From Alphaproteobacteria bacterium (GTDB lineage Bacteria; Pseudomonadota; Alphaproteobacteria; SHVV01), in contig OZ253470.1 in the NCBI GenBank assembly GCA_965261735.1, positions 2,432,001 to 2,496,000 on the forward strand: DNA of 64,000 bases, given 5' to 3'. The notes under the pieces are model-generated. The model saw nothing but the letters and a program-made list of their open reading frames with translations. It was not told the DNA's origin and searched no databases. Position 1 is the stretch's first letter. Each line of letters starts with the position of its first letter. The translations under genes were made by a program, and so were the position numbers. This document shows, piece by piece, positions 1 to 12,723 of this stretch.

Positions 1-113
1 GTCCCCGTGCCGCTTGCGCGCGCGTCATAATGGCGCGGACGCTACCAGCATCGCGCCCCAGCGTCCAGCGGGGGCCCGTGAAGGCGCCAACTCGTGAGCC
101 TCGCCATGCGAAG

Positions 114-145
114 CGCCTGGCCTCACTCCCGCCTGGCCTCACTCC
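114..145. repeat. Perfect 16-bp tandem duplication (CGCCTGGCCTCACTCC x2)
   Basis: Read directly: units at 114-129 and 130-145, at the expected 3' end of the flavoprotein gene. Confidence 0.9.
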
Positions 146-1518
146 TAAGGGCTTGAGGTCGCCCAGCATCGTTGGGATCAGCTCGGTCACCGTGGGGTGG
201 ATGTGCATCGCGCGCTGGATCACGGTATAGGGCGCGTCGGCGTACATGACGTCGAGCACGGAGTGGATGATCTCGTCGCCGCCTATACCGAGGATGGAGG
301 CGCCAAGGATCCTATCGGTCTCCGCGTCGACCAGCATTTTCATGAAGCCTTGGGTTTCGCTGCGCTCGCGGGCGCGCCCCACGCGCGCCATCGCCATCTT
401 GCCGACCAGCGCCTTGCGTCCCGAATCGCGGACCTCGCGCTCGGTCAGGCCGACCCGGCCCAGGGGCGGATCGATATAGAGCGCGTAGGCCGTGATGCGA
501 TCGGTGACGCGGCGCGGATCGTCGTCGAACAGGTTGGCGGCGAGGATCTCGTAGTCGTTGTAGGAGGTGTGCGTGAAGGCGCCGCGGCCGTTGACGTCGC
601 CCATGGCCCAGATGCCGGGAACGTTGGTGCGGAGCTCGTCGTCGACCACGACGTAGCCGCGCTTGTTCGTCTCGACGCCGGCCTCGTCGAGCCCGAGATC
701 GCCGCTGTTGGGGCGGCGCCCCACCGCGAGCAACAGATGCGAGCCCTCGACCTCGTCCGGGCCGTCGTCGCAGCTGAGCTTGACGGCGACGCGCTCGCCC
801 CGCTTTCGACGGTCAGGCACTCGGCGTTGAGGCGCACGTCCACGCCCTCGTTCTCGACGATCTCCTTGACCGCGGCGGAGACGTCCTCGTCGTCCCTCGA
901 GATCAGCGCACTACCCTTCTCGACCACCGTGACGCGGCTGCCAAAGCGGCGGTACATCTGCGCGAACTCGAGCCCGATGTAGCTACCGCCGATGACGATC
1001 AGGTGCTCGGGCAGGAAATCCACCTCCATGACACTCGAGTTGGTCAGGTAGTCGACCCCCTCGATCCCCGGCATGTCGGGGACCAAGGCGCGGGCGCCGA
1101 CGTTGAGGACGATCTTGTCGGCCTCGAGCACGTCGCCGTTGACGCGCACGGTATTGGCGCTCTCGAATCTGCCGTGGCCCTCGTAGACCGTGAGATTCTT
1201 CATGTTCCTGAGCCAGTTGGTGACGCCCTCGTTCGACTGGCGCACGACCCCGTCCTTGCGCGCCTTGACCTGCGCCATGTCGACCCGGATGGCGCCGTCG
1301 ATCATGACTCCGAAATCGGCGCCACGCCGCGCCATGTAGGCGGCGCGGGCGCTGGCCACCAGCGTCTTGGTCGGGATGCAGCCGACGTTCACGCAGGTGC
1401 CGCCAAACAACTTGCGCTCGATGATGGCGGCCTTCATGCCCTCGCGCGTCATGCGTGCCGCCAGGGCGGGCCCGGACTGGCCGGTGCCGATGATGATCGC
1501 GTCAAACTTTTCCGCCAA
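139..1518 (-). pseudogene. FAD-dependent pyridine nucleotide-disulfide oxidoreductase (mercuric reductase/dihydrolipoamide dehydrogenase-like), frameshifted
   Basis: GTGQSG, GGTCVNVGCIPTK redox disulfide and GGSYIG motifs. The frame breaks at the T3 run 804-806; the alternative frame continues ...AVGRRPN...GDVNGRGAFTHTSYND...HIHPTVTELIPTMLGDLKPL. No in-frame stop follows at the expected end, so the 3' coordinate is approximate. May be a sequencing error. Confidence 0.8.
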
Positions 1519-1699
1519 GAGTGCCGCCCCCGATTGGCCGAACGCGTGCGGTCCGACTCATGCGTTTTCTGCAGTCTAGCGCAATCGGGAGCGCGCCCAA
1601 ACGCAAGCTTTCGGCCCTTTGATCCAGGTTAAAGCGCGCGGCAGCCGGGAAAATCAACAATCGCACCCAGAATCGCGATCGCAGCCAGGGGCCGTCCAC

Positions 1700-2137
1700 G
1701 TGCAGCCGAGCTACGTTCATGGGACATCCGAAGAGCCGCTGATCGGCGAGACCGTGGACGGTGTGCTGGCGCGGGCGGCCGTCCGTTGGCCCCAAAACGA
1801 TGACCTGATCGTCTGCCATCAGGGCGTTCGCTGGAGCTACGCCGAGCTCGACGCGCGCGTCGACCGGCTTGCCGCCGGGCTTGCGGGCCTCGGCCTGCAG
1901 CCCGGAGAGCGGATCGGCATTCTCTCGCCCAACAACGCCGAGTGGGTGCTGACGCAGTTCGCGAGCGCAAGGGCGGGGCGGCGCGTCGCCGAGTCCGGCC
2001 TGATGTCGCTGGAGGCGCCCATTCAACGCGTCGCGGGCTATGATACGGCCATGCCTCTGCCGCGCCTCGAGCGGCACTACATGCCGACGAGCGAGCGCAT
2101 CGCCGCCGCCGCTCGGCGCGCGCTCGATTACGCATAA
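1700..2137 (+). pseudogene. Chimeric remnant: AMP-binding acyl-CoA synthetase N-terminus fused in frame to the C-terminus of a 2-oxoacid dehydrogenase E1 beta subunit
   Basis: SYVHG...RWSYAELDARVDRLAAGL...GERIGILSPNNAEWVLTQFASARAG (acyl-CoA synthetase) switches near 1980 to LEAPIQRVAGYDTAMP...YMPTSERI (E1-beta/transketolase C-terminus). Confidence 0.8.
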
Positions 2138-2157
2138 AGCGTTTCGAGGGAGGCGAC

Positions 2158-3267
2158 ATGAGCGAGGCGGCGTTTCGGTTCTGCGACGACCTCGGCCCCG
2201 TGAAGGTCGTCCACGTTCATGATCCGCGCATCGGACTCAAGGCGATCGTCGTCATTGACAACGTCGCCTGCGGGCCCTCGATCGGCGGCGTGCGCATGGC
2301 ACCCGACGCGAGCACCGAGGAGTGCTTCCGCCTGGCGTGCGCCATGACCCTCAAGAACGCCGCGGCGGCGCTCCCGCACGGCGGCGGCAAATCGGTCATC
2401 CTCGGCGACCCGGCCATGCCCGAGGCCGAGAAAGAGCAGCTGATCCGCTGTTTCGGCCACGCCATTCGCGGTCTTGAGGACTACATCCCCGGACCCGACA
2501 TGGGCACCAACGAGCGCTGCATGGCATGGATGGCCGATGAGATCGGCCGCGCCGTCGGGCTGCCGGCTGAGATTGGTGGCATCCCGCTCGACGAGATCGG
2601 CGCGACTGGGCTCGGCGTCGCCATCTGCGCCGAGGTCGCCCACGAACTCGCCGGCCTATCGCTTGCGGGATCGCGCGTCGCCATCCAGGGCTTCGGTGCC
2701 GTCGGCCGACACCCCGCCAGGTTTCTGGCCGCGCGCGGGGCGGTCGTGGTCGCGCTCTCCGATTCCGGCGGCGCGGTCCACAACCGCGACGGCATCAACC
2801 TCGACCTAGCGCTCGGGCTCAAGGGCGCGGGCCAGAGCGTCGCCGACGCGACTCTCGGCGAGGTCCTGTCCGGCGACGATCTGATCGGCGTCGACTGCGA
2901 TGTGTGGATTCCCGCGGCTCGGCCGGACGCGATCCGTGCCGAAAATGTCGATCGCCTGAAGGCCAAGCTGGTCGTGTCGGGCGCAAACATTCCGGTCACT
3001 GCCGATGCGGAGGAGACGTTACATCAGCGCGGCGTTGTCGTCGTTCCCGACTTCATCGCCAACGCCGGCGGCGTCATCTGCGCGGCCGTCGAATACCGCG
3101 GCGGCACCGAGCGGGCGGCGCTCCAGATGATCGAGGAGAAAGTCCGCAGCAATAGCCGACAGGTGTTGGAGACCGCGCGCCGGGAGGCGCTCGCCCCGCG
3201 CGCCGCAGCGGTGGCTCTGGCCGAACGGCGGGTGCGCGCGGCGATGGAGGTGCGCCGCTGGCTGTGA
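2158..3267 (+). CDS. Glu/Leu/Phe/Val dehydrogenase
   Basis: GGVRM, MTLKNA..LPHGGGKS, PGPDMGT, IQGFGAVG, GAN, PDFIANAGGV motifs; GGAGG RBS. Confidence 0.93.
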   Translation: MSEAAFRFCDDLGPVKVVHVHDPRIGLKAIVVIDNVACGPSIGGVRMAPDASTEECFRLACAMTLKNAAAALPHGGGKSVILGDPAMPEAEKEQLIRCFGHAIRGLEDYIPGPDMGTNERCMAWMADEIGRAVGLPAEIGGIPLDEIGATGLGVAICAEVAHELAGLSLAGSRVAIQGFGAVGRHPARFLAARGAVVVALSDSGGAVHNRDGINLDLALGLKGAGQSVADATLGEVLSGDDLIGVDCDVWIPAARPDAIRAENVDRLKAKLVVSGANIPVTADAEETLHQRGVVVVPDFIANAGGVICAAVEYRGGTERAALQMIEEKVRSNSRQVLETARREALAPRAAAVALAERRVRAAMEVRRWL

Positions 3268-3274
3268 GACGCGC

Positions 3275-5980
3275 CTAGGGCCGGCGCCGGCTCATGCGCT
3301 TGTAGATCTCCATGATGACGACGACGCCGGCGGCCAACGGGAGCACCGCACCCCAGGTCCCGGCCGACACGGGCCCGGCATTGATGAGGACGCCGAGGGG
3401 CGTGTACATGGCGGCGAGCTGGAGCCCCAGCGCCCCGGCGACCGCCACGATCAGGAACCGGTTGTCGCGGAGCGACAACGTGAATGTCGAGCGTGATTCC
3501 GAGCGGCAGTTGAAGGTATGCCCGTTCTCGAAGAGGACGAGGAACAGCAGGACCACGTTGCTCGCCTGCTCGACGGCCCACCCGGCCTGAAGCGCCCACA
3601 GGAACAGCAGGTAAGACGCGCCGCCGCCATAGAGTCCCGAAATCAACGTTTGCTCGATCATCCAGCGATCGAAGATGCCCTGCCGCGGTGGTCGCGGCCG
3701 GCGCTCGAGAACACCGGGCTCCCCCTTCTCGAAGGCGAGGGCCACGTGTTGCACGCCCTCGGTCACCAGGTTAAGCCACAGGAGCTGGAGCGCATTCAGC
3801 GGCAGCGGCACGGCCGCCGCGATAGCGAGGATGAACAGCACGATTTCGGCCGCGTTGGTGCTGATCAGCAGATAGATGACCTTGCGCACGTTGTCGTAGG
3901 CGATGCGCCCCTGCTCGACGCCATCGACGATCGAGGCGAAGTTGTCGTCGGTGATGATGAGGTCGGCGGCGTCGCGCGCGACATCGGTTCCACCGAGCCC
4001 CATGGCGACGCCGATGTCGGCGGCGCTGAGCGCGGGCGCGTCGGCGGCGCCGTCACCCGTGACGGCGACGACATGGCCGAGCCGCTTGACCGCCTCGACG
4101 ATGACGAGCTTTTGTAGCGGCTCGACGCGGGCGAACACCCGCGCGCCGGCAACGAGCGACACCAGGGCCTCGGGATCGGCACCGGCCACCTCCAGATCGG
4201 TACCCGTTACGACCTCGTCGGCGCGCTCGGCCATGCCCAGCTGGCGCGCGATCGCCAGCGCCGTGGCCGGGTGGTCCCCGGTGACCATGGCGACCGTGAT
4301 CCCGGCGTCGCGACATCGCCGGACGGCGTCCGACGCTTCCGGCCGCAGGGGATCGATGAGGCCGAGGAAGCCGAGGTCCGCAAGCGCGCTCCTCTCGGCG
4401 ACGGAGGCGACGGAGGCGCCGGCGGTGCCGGGGATCGCCGTTTCGCCATTGGCGAGCGCAAGGATCCGGAAGCCGTCGGCGGCGAGCTCGTCGGCTTGAC
4501 GCAGGACCGCGTCCCTGTCGATGCCGGCGCACATCGGCAACAAGGTCTCTGCCGCGCCCTTGACGTGGGCTACCACCTTGTCGCCCCGCATGTTGAACGA
4601 GGCCGCGAATCGGTTACCCGATTCGTAGGGGATGACCGCGACCTGCGGGTAGCGGCGCACCAGTTCCTCGGTGCGCAGGCCGAGCTTGCGCGCCGCGACC
4701 AGGAAGGCCACGTCGACGGTGTCGCCGAAGTGGCGCGCCGAGCCGTCCGGGAGCTCCTGCAGGCTGGCCTCGTTGCATAGGGCGCCCGTGGTCATCATGT
4801 CCTCGACCGCGGCCCGCTCGCCGCTCCCGAGCGGGCGATCTTCACGCGTGGCCTAGCCGCGCGGAAGGTAGCCCTCGCCCGACAGATCGACGGCCTCGCC
4901 GCCAGCGAGGACGAGGCGACGCAGGGTGAGCTCGTTACACGTGAGGGTGCCGGTCTTGTCGCTCGCGATATAGGTGCAGGCCCCGAGCCCCTCGACGGCG
5001 GGGAGCAGGTGCACGATGACATGGCGCTGCGCCATTCGGTGGACCGCAACGGAGAGCGCAACGGTCAGCGCCACCGGTAGGCCCTCGGGAATGGCGGCGA
5101 CCGCGAGCGCGGCGGCGACGAGGAAGACCTCGGCCACACCCAGGCCACGGGCGATCTCGATCGCCGCCAGAGCGACGATGAGCGCCATCATCACGGTGGC
5201 GACGTTGCGCGTGAAGAGGCGCATCCGCACCATCAGCGGCAGCGGCACCTCCTCGGCCTTGCTCAACGTCTGGGCGATGCGTCCGAGCTCGGTGGCGGCG
5301 CCGATGAGCGTAACCACGCCGATTCCCCGCCCGGCGCCGACCGTGGTCCCGGCATGCAGCATGTTGCGGCGGTCGGCGAGGCCGGTGCCGCGGTCGAGCT
5401 CGGTCTCGGCCGACTTCGTGACCGGCGTCGATTCGCCGGTCAGCAGGGACTCGTCGATCTCGAGGTCGAAGGACTCGAGCAGGCGCACGTCGCTCGAGAT
5501 GAGGACGCCGGATTCGACGAGCACGACGTCGCCGGGAACGAGATCGGTCGCGGCGATGCGCATCCGTTCACCGTCGCGCCGCACGACCGCCCAGTTTCTG
5601 ATCAGCGCCCGCAGGCTCTCGGCCTCGGCGGCCGCCTTCCACTCCTGATAGGTGCCGATCGCGGCATTGGTCTGCAGTACGACGAAAATGAAGATGGCAT
5701 CGACGATCTCGCCGATGAGCAAGGATACCGCGGCGGCACCGAACAGCAGGTAGATGAACGGGCTCCTGAACTGCGCGAAATAGGTTCCGAGCAGACTGGG
5801 CGGCTTGGGCTGCGGCAGGACGTTGGGGCCAAGGGCCTCGTGGCGCCGTGCGGCCTCGACCTCGGCCAGGCCGTGCGGGCCCGTGTCCAAGGCGGCAAGG
5901 GCATCGGCGGGCGAGAGCGCATGCCACGCCACCTCGGCGAGAGGCGTTGGCGTCGATTGGCGAAGCCGGTCAGGGCTCAT
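3275..5980 (-). pseudogene. Cation-transporting P-type ATPase (Ca2+/type II-like) interrupted by an in-frame TAG
   Basis: TGES, IPEGLP, DKTGT and TGD motifs across two in-frame ORFs separated by one TAG at 4853-4855; hinge motif degenerate (GDGAADAPAL versus usual GDGVNDAPAL). Confidence 0.88.
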
Positions 5981-6056
5981 CCGAGGATGCGAAAGACCAC
6001 AATCGGCGCCGTAGGTGACGCCCTGCCGACGCTATCCTTAGACGCCGCGGCTTTGG

Positions 6057-7181
6057 TCAGGCGGGCGACTCGCCGGCTTCGACGCGGCGCTGCCTCCCCG
6101 CCACCTTGCCGATCAGGTGCAGGGCACCGCCCTCGTCGGCCACGTCGCCGAGGATGTTTCCCGTCATCCATACGACGGCATCGCGGCCGATCGTGAGATC
6201 GCCCTGAATGTTGCCCGTCATCTTGAGCGAGACGCGGTCCGTCACCCGCACGCTGCCCTCGATATTGCCGACCACGCGCATTTCGCGGTCGAACGTCACG
6301 TCACCCGAGATGTTGCCGAAGCGGAGCCCGCGCGCGTGCCGCCCGCGGCGACGGTCGCCGCCGGACACGTTGATTTCCACGTTGCCGTGCCGCCCGCGCC
6401 CGCGGCGGTGTTCGCCGCCGTACACGCTGACCCAACGAAACGCGAGGTAGCAGCCGATCCCGAGCGCCGGCCAGACAAACCACCAGGAGCCGAACGAGGT
6501 GATCACGTTGATGAGGAAGAGGAAACCGACGATGATCGACATGCGTGCAGCGCTCCTGCGGAACTTGGCGTGGGCCTTGTCGTCACCGTCGGGCGAGCGC
6601 GCGGCCCGGTCCGTCCCTCGCTGCTCCGTTGTCGCGGCGCTGCCATCGAGCGCGACTCGATAGACCGGGACGTCGTCGGATATGTTCTTGACGTTTTGTG
6701 GGCCCAGGAACTCATAGCCGAGGGTCAGCTTATTCTTGACCTGGTCGTACACCGTCCCGCTGATACAGATCCCGCCCGGCTCGGCGAGGCCCTCGAGCCG
6801 CGCGGCGATGTTCACCCCCTCGCCGTAGATATCGTCGCCCTCGACAATGACATCACCGAGATTGATGCCGATGCGGAACTCCATACGCCGATCGTTCGAT
6901 AGGTTCCCGTTGCGCACCGCCAGTTCGCGTTGAACCTCGGCGGCGCACTGCACCGCCTCGACGACGCTGCCGAACTCGGCCAGCATACTGTCCCCGGACA
7001 TGTTGACGACGCGACCCTCATGCCGGGCGACGAAGCCAGTAATGGCTTCGCGGTATTCCTTCAGTGTCGACAGTGTCGCCACCTCGTCCGCGTCCATGAG
7101 GCGGCTGTAACCCTTGACGTCGGCACACAATATGGTGGTGAGTCTACGCTTGACGGCGTCCGGCACGGTGTCCCTCTTCAC
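6057..7181 (-). CDS. Class III adenylate/guanylate cyclase with 2TM domain and C-terminal bactofilin-like repeats
   Basis: RRLTTILCADVKGYSRLM, FRIGINLGDV, GEGVNIAARLE motifs; two hydrophobic helices around WWFVWPALG; repeated GNI.G.V/L units at the C-terminus. Confidence 0.85.
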   Translation of the reverse strand: MKRDTVPDAVKRRLTTILCADVKGYSRLMDADEVATLSTLKEYREAITGFVARHEGRVVNMSGDSMLAEFGSVVEAVQCAAEVQRELAVRNGNLSNDRRMEFRIGINLGDVIVEGDDIYGEGVNIAARLEGLAEPGGICISGTVYDQVKNKLTLGYEFLGPQNVKNISDDVPVYRVALDGSAATTEQRGTDRAARSPDGDDKAHAKFRRSAARMSIIVGFLFLINVITSFGSWWFVWPALGIGCYLAFRWVSVYGGEHRRGRGRHGNVEINVSGGDRRRGRHARGLRFGNISGDVTFDREMRVVGNIEGSVRVTDRVSLKMTGNIQGDLTIGRDAVVWMTGNILGDVADEGGALHLIGKVAGRQRRVEAGESPA

Positions 7182-7243
7182 TCGCCTGAAGCCACGGAAC
7201 AGCTACCCTACCAAACATCGCACTCGTGTGCGCACGCTGACCT

Positions 7244-7291
7244 TCACATGGGAGCGCAGCGCCAGTATCACATGGGAGCGCAGCGCCAGTA
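7244..7291. repeat. Perfect 24-bp tandem duplication (TCACATGGGAGCGCAGCGCCAGTA x2)
   Basis: Read directly, in the divergent intergenic region between the cyclase and the LLM gene. Confidence 0.9.
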
Positions 7292-7389
7292 TTCCAAGGG
7301 CACCACGAACCTCGCGGCTGCAGGACGAAGGTGGCGGGCGGCCGTGGCCGTAGTCGGCGCTCGGTCATCCTGATCCAGGGAGGAATAGC

Positions 7390-8373
7390 GTGGAACTGAC
7401 CCTCGATAGGCGGCTGAGCATCGGCCTCCAGGGCATCCACGGGCGCCCCGAATCGACGGCCGGCGAATGGCGTCCGGAGGCGGAGAAGGGCCGAGAGCTG
7501 GTCGAGCGCATCGAGCGGTTGGGCTTCGATTCGATCTGGGTCGGCGATCACGTGGCATTCGCCGTGCCCATCCTCGATCCTCTGATCCAGCTCGCGCAGG
7601 CGGCGGCCTACAGCAAGCGGCTGACGATCGGTACCTGTATCTACCTGCTGCCCCTGCGGCATCCCGGACCGGTAGCGAAACAGGTCGCCTCGCTCGACCT
7701 CTTGTCGGGCGGGCGCATGGTCTTCGGCGTCGGCGCCGGCGGCGAGTTTCAGTCTGACTTCGACGCGTCCGGCATCGCCATGAAGGAGCGCGGCGGCCGC
7801 CTCGGCGAGTCGATCGAGGTCCTGCGCAAGCTGTGGTCCGGCGAGACGGTCTCGCACCACGGGCGCTACTTCGCGTTTGAGGACATTCGGCTGCTGCCGG
7901 CGCCGCTTCAGGCCGGTGGACCACCGATCTGGTGTGGCGGGCGATCGCAGGCGGCGCTCGAGCGTACGGGCCGCATGGCCGATGGTTGGGTCTCCTACGT
8001 GGTCACGGCCGAGCGCTACGCGCAATCCCTTTCGGTGATCGATGGCGCGTACGCGCAAGCCGGGCGAGGCCTGGACCGGTTCGCCACCGGGCACCTGCTG
8101 TTCGCGCGGCTCGACAAGGACTATGAGCGAGCCCTCGACACCGCGTCGGCGCTGCTGAGTGCGCGCTACGCCATGGACTTCCGCCCGGCGGCGGAAAAAT
8201 ATTGTGCGCTCGGCACCGGCGAGGACGTGGCCGCCGCTATCGCGCGCTTTTACGAGGCCGGCGTGCGGTGCCTCGTCGTCGATCTCATCGGGCCGCACGA
8301 GGAAAGGCTCGAGCACATCGACGCCTTCGCCAGCGAGGTGCTGCCCAAACTGGCGAGCTACCGTGAGTCGTGA
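7390..8373 (+). CDS. LLM-class flavin-dependent oxidoreductase
   Basis: GFDSIWVGDH, PLRHP..VAKQVASLDLLSGGR, PPIWCGG, ADGW motifs; GGAGG RBS before the GTG. Confidence 0.92.
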   Translation: MELTLDRRLSIGLQGIHGRPESTAGEWRPEAEKGRELVERIERLGFDSIWVGDHVAFAVPILDPLIQLAQAAAYSKRLTIGTCIYLLPLRHPGPVAKQVASLDLLSGGRMVFGVGAGGEFQSDFDASGIAMKERGGRLGESIEVLRKLWSGETVSHHGRYFAFEDIRLLPAPLQAGGPPIWCGGRSQAALERTGRMADGWVSYVVTAERYAQSLSVIDGAYAQAGRGLDRFATGHLLFARLDKDYERALDTASALLSARYAMDFRPAAEKYCALGTGEDVAAAIARFYEAGVRCLVVDLIGPHEERLEHIDAFASEVLPKLASYRES

Positions 8374-8479
8374 TTTCCGCCGCCAGACTACGGCTGCAGC
8401 GCGCCGCTCCGGTCCCACTCGCCGCGATCGGTTAACCGGATGCTAAGGGCGGGGTGACTAGGCTTCGCCCCACCAGGCC

Positions 8480-10444
<1,965 letters not shown>

Positions 10445-10473
10445 GCCTGGGGCCGCACAAGCGGTCGCGGGGC

Positions 10474-11025
10474 TCAGTCGCTGGGTAACGGAAATTCGTC
10501 AAGCAAGGCGCGATAGTCGTCCTCGACCTCGACCCGCATCGCCGCGAGCAGGCGTGCCGTCCCGTTGTAGACCGTAATCGTGAAGATCAGCTCGACAAGG
10601 CGCTCGCTGTCGAGCGCCTCGCGAAGTGCGTCAAAGGTCTCGTCGGTCAGTCTCGCTTCGAGCGTGATCTCGCGCGCCGCCCGCAGCACCGCGCTCGCCA
10701 GCGGGTCTAGGCTGCTCGGCCGGCCGGCCGACTCTTCGTAGAGCGCCCCGATGTCGCCGTCGGATACGCCGAATTCGCGTCCGATCTTCAAGTGATGCGC
10801 GAACTCATAAGCCGATCGCGTCGAGAAGCCGACCTGAAGGATGGCGAGCTCGCGCAGCCTCGGGTCGAGCTTGCTGCGGTGGCGGATATGCATCGCCGTC
10901 GCCTGGGCGCAGCGCGCGGTGCCGGGGCTGTGCGCGAGCAGCCGAACGAGGTTGATGTTGCGCTCGAGCAGGTCTCTGTCCTGCGGCGCGAGGTCGGATT
11001 CGTCGAGATAGGGCAGACGCGCCAT
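10474..11025 (-). CDS. Carboxymuconolactone decarboxylase/AhpD family protein
   Basis: MARLPYL start; LDPRLRELAILQVG...YEFAHH motif. Confidence 0.85.
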   Translation of the reverse strand: MARLPYLDESDLAPQDRDLLERNINLVRLLAHSPGTARCAQATAMHIRHRSKLDPRLRELAILQVGFSTRSAYEFAHHLKIGREFGVSDGDIGALYEESAGRPSSLDPLASAVLRAAREITLEARLTDETFDALREALDSERLVELIFTITVYNGTARLLAAMRVEVEDDYRALLDEFPLPSD

Positions 11026-11059
11026 CGCCGGGGTCCGCCGGTTGCTCGCGCCGCGCCGC

Positions 11060-11998
11060 TCAGCCCCCGAGCTCCACGCCGATTCCGGCGAAAAGCTCGA
11101 GGTGCCGCTCATGGTCGCCGATGAAGCGGAGCACGAAGTGGCCGACGCCAGCGCGCGCGTAGGCGGCCATCACCGTCCGGGCGCCCGCAAGCGGGCCCGC
11201 GTAACAGGCTTGGCCCACGCGGCCCACTCCCGACAGTGAGCCGTAGTATTGTGCCATGTAGGCGTCCATCCGCCCTTCGGCGCGTTCGACATCGTCGTCG
11301 ATGGCGAGTGTGAGGTAGGTCGCCCCGGTGAGCTTGTCGGGATCGCGCCCCGCATCGCGGGCCGACGCCTTCATCTGCGCCCAGGTCGCAGCGAACGCGT
11401 CAGGATCCGGCCCGTTCGGCAACCAGCCATCGAAATGACGGCCGACACGCTCGATCGTCGCCGGCACCGACCCTCCGATCCACAACGGCGGGCCGCCTGG
11501 ACGATGCGGCGTCGGGCCCATCGTCGCCGCCTCCAATGGCCAGCGCCCGTCCCAGTCGACGGGTTCGCCGCCCCATAAGGCGCGGCACAGGCGCAGGCCC
11601 TCGAGTAGGCGCCCGATGCGCTTGTCGAAGGGCACGCCGGCGGCCGCGAAGTCGGCGCGAATCATCGGCGCGTCGGAGGCGATGCCGATGCCGAGGACGA
11701 CGCGCCCCTCCGAGATCTGGTCGAGCGTCGCGATCTGGTGCGCGAGCACGACGGGATTACGCAGCGCCGCGAGCAGCACCGCGGTGCCGAGCTCGACCCG
11801 GCGCGTGAGGCCGGCGACTGCGGCGAGGAGGGTGATGGGCTCGTGGCGCGGCAGGGCGAGCAGCGAATCACCGACCCAGAGCGAATCGTAGCCCAGCGTT
11901 TCCGCCCTCTCGGCCAGCGCCAACAGCGGTCTTGCCGCAGGACGGCCCTCCATGACGGCCTCTCGCGTCGGTAGCAGGTATCCAATCCGTGGCGCCAT
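11060..11998 (-). CDS. LLM-class flavin-dependent oxidoreductase
   Basis: AETLGYDSLWVGDS, RNPVVLAHQIATLDQISEGRVVLGIG, PPLWIGG, DGW motifs. Confidence 0.92.
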   Translation of the reverse strand: MAPRIGYLLPTREAVMEGRPAARPLLALAERAETLGYDSLWVGDSLLALPRHEPITLLAAVAGLTRRVELGTAVLLAALRNPVVLAHQIATLDQISEGRVVLGIGIASDAPMIRADFAAAGVPFDKRIGRLLEGLRLCRALWGGEPVDWDGRWPLEAATMGPTPHRPGGPPLWIGGSVPATIERVGRHFDGWLPNGPDPDAFAATWAQMKASARDAGRDPDKLTGATYLTLAIDDDVERAEGRMDAYMAQYYGSLSGVGRVGQACYAGPLAGARTVMAAYARAGVGHFVLRFIGDHERHLELFAGIGVELGG

Positions 11999-12317
11999 GG
12001 CGGTCCCTCGCTTCGTCCTCTGGTGCCCGGGCCGTCACGACGGCTCACGCTCCGACTCCGGCCATTCACCAAGCGACAACGAATCTACGTCGGAGCGATA
12101 AGAAGCGGCATCGCTCGGTGCAAGCGGAACGATAATCCTCGAATCGGGGCTCGAAAAGAGTCGAAGTGCCCGAAAATACTCGACGCGAGTCAGACTCGAT
12201 TGGGGGAGGTCTCTACGCCACCGAACGTCGAAACCCAAGGTGGCGCGGGGGCCACTTCTTCCGCGCGATGGTTCGCCGCTCCCGAAGACCCGAGAAGCGC
12301 TCTAGCAGACTTCCGCG

Positions 12318-12611
12318 CTAGTCACGGGATGCCCGCTCAACAACAACGCGACCCCGGCCGCGCCTCACCAGGTAGCCGCCACGAGGGATCTTAAGGCTGC
12401 TTTTTTGCACCAACGGATACAGGGTTTCCGCAATCGTGATGGCATCCTTGTCAACCGCGCTAGCTGCCGCTTCGGGTTGCGCCGTCAGCCATTTCGAGAA
12501 CGCCTCCGTTCCCAATTCCGTCCCTATGGATTTTCGAAGCGCATTAAGCTTTCGAAGCTGTCCTTTGGTAAGGCCCTTTTCGCTCAACGCCTGAGCCGCT
12601 TTCTTTGCCAT
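12318..12611 (-). CDS. Small basic hypothetical protein
   Basis: Lys/Arg-rich ORF (MAKKAAQ...RRGRGRVVVE) with an AAGGAAA RBS and an AT-rich upstream region; no family recognised. Confidence 0.7.
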   Translation of the reverse strand: MAKKAAQALSEKGLTKGQLRKLNALRKSIGTELGTEAFSKWLTAQPEAAASAVDKDAITIAETLYPLVQKSSLKIPRGGYLVRRGRGRVVVERASRD

Positions 12612-12723
12612 GGCTTTTCCTTTTTTCAAACATTCCCCACACGCCAGCGGTTTAGATAATTCAATTCTTGCGAACTGTGAAGCGGTCTTTCTTCAAACAT
12701 TAACTTCTTTTTTCCACGCTCGT

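Noticed and set aside
139-1518. merA / mercury resistance call
   Set aside because: No C-terminal Cys-Cys pair, no NmerA domain and no mer genes nearby.
4853-4855. In-frame TAG in the P-type ATPase as possible pyrrolysine or programmed read-through
   Set aside because: No pyl genes in the window, TAG is used as a normal stop elsewhere, and the gene has other degenerate motifs; a nonsense mutation is simpler.
7244-7291. 24-bp direct repeat as a CRISPR remnant
   Set aside because: Two abutting copies with no spacer and no cas genes.
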